Source: Camelus ferus (Eukaryota). Taken from it: a stretch of DNA of 64,000 nt. Position 1 is the first letter of the stretch. Each line of letters begins with the position of its first letter. The notes under the pieces were generated by a model that saw only the letters and a program-made list of their open reading frames with translations, was not told the origin of the DNA and did not search any database. The stretch lies in NCBI RefSeq assembly GCF_009834535.1, contig NC_045696.1:1116001-1180000 (forward strand), read 5' to 3'. Positions 59,526-64,000 of this stretch are shown in pieces. The position numbers and the translations under genes were made by a program.

Positions 59526-61780
59526 CCGTGCTGGCCGATCTCAGCTCTGCCTTGGGACGTCCGGCATCTTCAGAGAAGAGGAGCCAGCACCCCTCCCTCC
59601 ACCATCCCCAGGAGCCCTCCCGGCGAATTCCATAAGAAGGTTGTGCAGACGGCAAGGTTTCCAGACATTCCTGTGGCGGGCAACTCTCCTTCTTCGGAAC
59701 AATGAGCACACCTGGGAGACCTCTTCTTTCTCTCCAAGTGTGGAACCACAGAAGCTTCTAAATTTTGTGCCTCAAAGATGGGCAGGCTGGCTCACTGTGC
59801 TGGGGCGATTTGTTCAGAAACCATGGGGATGGGGCCGATTCTGAGGCTGTTCAGAGGGTGCTTTTTGCCCATGGGGGGTCTTAGATGATGGTCCATGTTC
59901 TTGCTCCTATTGGGGAAACTGAAGGGCCAGGGCAGAGCCTGGATCACACCCCCAGGAGCAGGCCGGCCTCATGGACATCCCGTCTCCCCGAGGCTGAGGG
60001 GCAGGGCTCGGGGGCCCTCCCTGGGACTCTCCAAGGGGGTGGCACATGGCAGAATCGGGACCACGGGGGCTGCCACCCAGGGTCTGAGCAGAGGGAGCGG
60101 CCAGGACCCCACGTGCCCGGGGACAGGTGTGGAGATGCAGCTCCAGGGGGTCTGGGGAGGGTCTGGGGGGAGGAGTTGGGCAAAGGGCAGGTCTGTGATC
60201 AGCTCCATATGCACCCGAGCGGGGCTGCCCTGGGGCTGCGGGTGAGACCTGGCTGTGACCTCGGGTCCTGGGGTCTTTCTTTGATCAGGCACCCTGACGG
60301 GGCTCTCAGTCCCACCCGCGGACGCTGATGTCTGGTTTCCCCGGCCCTGCCCACTGGCTGCTGGCGGTCCTCCCTGCAGTCAGGCTTGACGCCCACCTCA
60401 GGCCCCGGGAGATGGGGTCGCGGCGCCAGCTATCACCGCCCCTGTACCACTGCTCCGCTCTGGGCCCCAGAGAGGGGAGGGACGCAGCCGGTGCCTCCGG
60501 GGGGCCACAGGGCTTGGCACCTGCTGCCCCTCTGTCCTCAAGGCCCCCAAGGCACCTGTGCCTTGAGGCCCAGCAGGTGTCGGAGGCCCAGGCTGACTCC
60601 TTCAGCACCTCCATGATTATCCACCTGAGAAGAGAACCCGCAGCTGCCCTCAGGGCTGGTCTCCAGCCCCGTTTAACTCTGGGAGAGGGACCCCAAGTGT
60701 TCTCTTCCCACCTGCTTCCCGTCGACTCCCTTTAACAAGAAGGAGGTTCTAAGGGAGGTGACTCGGGCCTGAGAGTCTGTGTCCAGGCGGGCCCAGTGAT
60801 CGGTGGGGTCAGCAAGCCTGACCGGCGCTCCGGGGCTCAGATGGAAGCAACATAGCTGGTGAAACCAACAGCTGAGTCAAAGGGCAGACACGCCGAGGCC
60901 TGGTCTCGCCGGGAAGGGCCTGGGCTCTGGCCGCGATGGGAAGGCGCGGTTAAACCTGTGCCTTCAGGTCCGCGCAACAGGATGGCGGGTGCAGGTCCAG
61001 AAGCACTGTGGGAAAGACCTGGCCCCCGAGGGCTCTCGGGCAGCACGCAGTGGGCAGCAGGCCCGGCCGTCCTGCCAGGGTCTGAATGTGGATGAAGGCC
61101 ACCTCTTCTTCCCTGTGCCTTAGGACACAGGGCCCCTTGTCACCCCACTGCGTTGTCCACTGCACCATCCAGGGCGATGCGGAGGCCTGGGGGGCTAAGA
61201 CCAACCCCGTCCGCTGCTCACCTGCAACAGGTGAGCAGTCCCTGCTCCAGGCCCACAGCCCCCAACCCAGCCCCCAGCCCCCAGCCCCCAGGAGGGCCGG
61301 AGACGGACGCACACACAGGCACGCACACGGCCACACACACACCCGCGCCTGCTAGGGGCAAATTTCAGCGGGAAGATGCCAAGAAACTCAGGGGTCAAAA
61401 TTTGCATCAAAATTAATGCAAAAAAGCTCATGATAGAAAAGAAAAAGAAAAAGAAAGCTATTCCTCCTTCTGAAGGGAAACCTGAGGGGTGTCTTGCTTG
61501 CCGTTGGCTGGTCCCCGTCCTCCTCGCTCCGGGGCTTCGTCACGCAGGGCCTTGGGGGCGGCAAGGCGAGGTGTGTCCTCAGCCCGGACCGGGCCCTGGA
61601 AGAGGGAAGGGCTTCAGTGAGAGCTGGCGAACGCCCACCGAGCCCTTGCTTTGGTGACAGCCGTGCGTCAGTGGTGACTTCCTGTTCTCCCGCGGTGCCG
61701 CGGTCCTGCCGACGCTGCCACGCGGGGAGGCTTGGGGGGTTCCGGGGCCGCTCCTGTAAGGCTGCTTATTTCAAAATTAA

Positions 61781-62644
61781 GTTTTTAGTGTGTGTGTGTG
61801 TGTGTGTACTTCTGTATCCTTTTATTTCCTGCTTTTTATATTATTAAAATATAGTCAGTTTGCAACATTGTGTCAATTTCTGGTGTACAGCACAGTGCTT
61901 CAGTCACACACAAACACACATATATTCCTTTTCATATTCTTTTTCATTATAGGTGACTACAAGATGTTGAATATAGTTCCCTGTGCTGTACAGTAAGACC
62001 TTGTCATTTATCTATTTTATGTATGTAAGTTGGTATCTGCAAATCTCAAACTCCCAATTTATCCCTTCCCTCCCCCCGTAACTATAAGTTTGTTTTCTAT
62101 GTCTGTGAGTCTGTTTCTGTTTTATATATAAGTTCATTTGTCCTTTTTTTTTCTAGATTCCACATATGAGTGATATCACATGGTATTTTTCTTTCTCTTT
62201 CTGTCTTATTTGACTTAGAATGATGATCTCTAGGTCCATCCATGTTGCTGCAAATGGCATGATTTTTCTTCTTTATGGCTGAGTAGTATTCCATTGTACC
62301 AATATACCACATCTTCTTTACCCAGTCATCCGTTGGACATTTATGTTGTTTCCATGTCTTGGCTATTGTAAATAGTGCTGCTATGAACATTGGGGTGCCA
62401 GTGTCATTTTGAAGTAGGGTTCCTTCTGGATATATGCCCAGGAGTGGGATTCCTGGGTCATATGGTAAGTCTATTCCTAGTCTTTTAAGGAATCTCCATA
62501 CTGTTTTCCACAGTGGCTGCACCAAACTGCATTCCCACCAGCAGTGTAGGAGGGTTCTCTTTTCTCCACAGCCTCTCCAGCATTTGTCACTTGTGGACTT
62601 TTGAATGACGGTCATTCTGACTGGTGTGAGGTGACACCTCATTG
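61781..62644 (-). mobile_element. Young 5'-truncated L1: ORF2 C-terminus (Cys-rich domain) plus 3' UTR
   Basis: ORF 62097-62642 reads HLTPVRM...[33 protein letters not shown]...[14 protein letters not shown], the L1 ORF2p C-terminus, later frameshifted. TSD TTCAAAAT(T/A)AA (61770-61780 / 62645-62655). Confidence 0.95.
61788..61807. repeat. (GT)10 microsatellite in the L1 tail
   Basis: Directly visible. Confidence 0.9.
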
Positions 62645-64000
62645 TTCAAAATAAACAGGTTCAAAAAACCCTTCAGTGAACACATGCTTAGGGAAACGCT
62701 CTCTCTTTGTGGCGAGGTACCTTGTTCTCACTAAACTGGGACAGTAACTTGGATGGGAAACCCACGTCTCCTCTGTGGACTGAGGCAATTTGAACTGAAT
62801 CTGGGAGGATTTCATATTTCAAACGGCAGCCAGCCATAATTTGGGCAACTGTACCTGAAAATATTTCCTACTCCCCGGCCTCTGGTAACAATGAGACGAT
62901 TATTCTTGGCCGCTGAGAAAGCCCCAGGTCCTGACTGATTTTGCTCTAATACCAGAATGTCCTTCTGGGAGCAAAACGTCTGTCTCCCTGAGCCCGCACG
63001 TTACCCGGATTCTTTATGTCACAAGGGGCTCTGTGTTGTGGCAAGTGCCGGCTTTCTTGCCTTCCTGTTTCTTGAAGATGTCTCACCTCCCCAGATTTGA
63101 CCCTCCTGCACCCTGGCCTCCCCTGGCAGTCTGCACACTGGCTCTGTCTGAGCGGCTCTGTCTGATGCTCACACTGAGCATCACAGCCCAGCGGAGGGCC
63201 CGCACTCTGGGCGCCCCACTGGGGCTGGCATCCCAGAGAAAAGGGGCAGCGCAGCCTTGGGGGTTCCTGGGCTCCAGGCAACGTGGACAGGACCTGCGGC
63301 GGCCTGCATATGGGGTCAGGGCGGGCGCTCACCTGGCCCCAGGGCTTCAGAAGCCGTCCTGTGCCATCACCCCGTCCCTAGAGGGAGCCAGCAGGTCCGA
63401 TGCTTTTGCTTCCATTACACAGATGAGAAGCCCTGACCCCGCCTGGGCTTCCTGTGTGTCCGGGAGTGGGTGCCCCTCCCCACCCTGGGGGCCGAGGGTC
63501 TCCCCGGGCTCCCACCCAGCCCGGCTTCCTCAGAGCCCCAGGACTGGAGGGTGGCTCGGCCCGAACACACTGCACGTGTGTAAGACAACGCCTCACCTTT
63601 CCCCAGATCCCCTTCCAAGGAACCTGAGTGTCTGCACACCCAGAGCCGGAGCGGCCAGGGTTGCTGAAAACCTCCTCCCATCTCCCTTACACCCAGTTCT
63701 GTCCTGTGAGCTCGGCCTCCGAGCATCCCTGTCCACTGCAGCGTCTGCACCTCCACCTGCTCCAAGACCTGCTCACCTGGGCGATGGCAGCTCCCCAAAC
63801 AGGACCCTCGCTCCCCCTTGCCCCCGAGCCATCCAGGCTCCCTCGCTATCTCAGGACCTTCCGTGGGCTCCTGAGGACACATCGCGGGGTCTCCGGGCCC
63901 TGGCCTCTCCTCCCTCCCTGTGTTTCTGCCTCACGGAGCTTCTTCCCACGGCCCCTCCTTCCTGCCTCAAGTTTCCAGGTGCTGTTTCCTACCCATCCCC

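Noticed and set aside
62097..62642. 181-aa Cys-rich ORF as a host gene
   Set aside because: It is the L1 ORF2p C-terminus in a 5'-truncated, TSD-flanked insertion.
18000..64000. Numerous 150-308 aa ORFs rich in Pro/Gly/Arg/Ala (e.g. 21768-22676, 23778-24701, 48473-49378, 58783-59709)
   Set aside because: Expected from stop-codon scarcity in GC-rich DNA. They overlap in several frames, cross repeats and show no recognisable domains. I also found no exons of POFUT2, the neighbouring gene in human.
1..64000. CRISPR arrays, operons or other prokaryote-type systems
   Set aside because: The sequence is mammalian, with no regularly spaced repeat-spacer array and no dense coding structure.

Overview
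This is mammalian genomic DNA, most likely camelid (alpaca/camel). That assignment is inferred from five copies of a tRNA-Ala-derived Vic-1-type SINE and artiodactyl-type L1 3' ends. The only protein-coding sequence I can support is the 5' end of COL18A1 on the minus strand: exons 1 and 2 of the short isoform, encoding the signal peptide [35 protein letters not shown], inside a CpG island with a GC-box promoter. The remaining ~62 kb is GC-rich upstream intergenic DNA containing ERV1 solo LTRs, MaLR (MLT1) LTRs, old and young L1 fragments, SINEs, MIR remnants and simple repeats. Almost all ORFs in the supplied track are GC-rich noise. I found no convincing new multi-gene system. The best leads are: a TSD-bounded chimeric retro-insertion carrying ~500 bp of non-L1 DNA; two solo LTRs pointing at the COL18A1 promoter; an upstream in-frame ATG; several dense candidate enhancer motif clusters (a perfect 4-pentamer HSE, AREs, an NF-kB/E-box LTR); and patchy AT-to-GC erosion of repeats suggesting local GC-biased gene conversion. 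Repeat family names come from recalled consensus similarity, and boundaries without a stated TSD are approximate.
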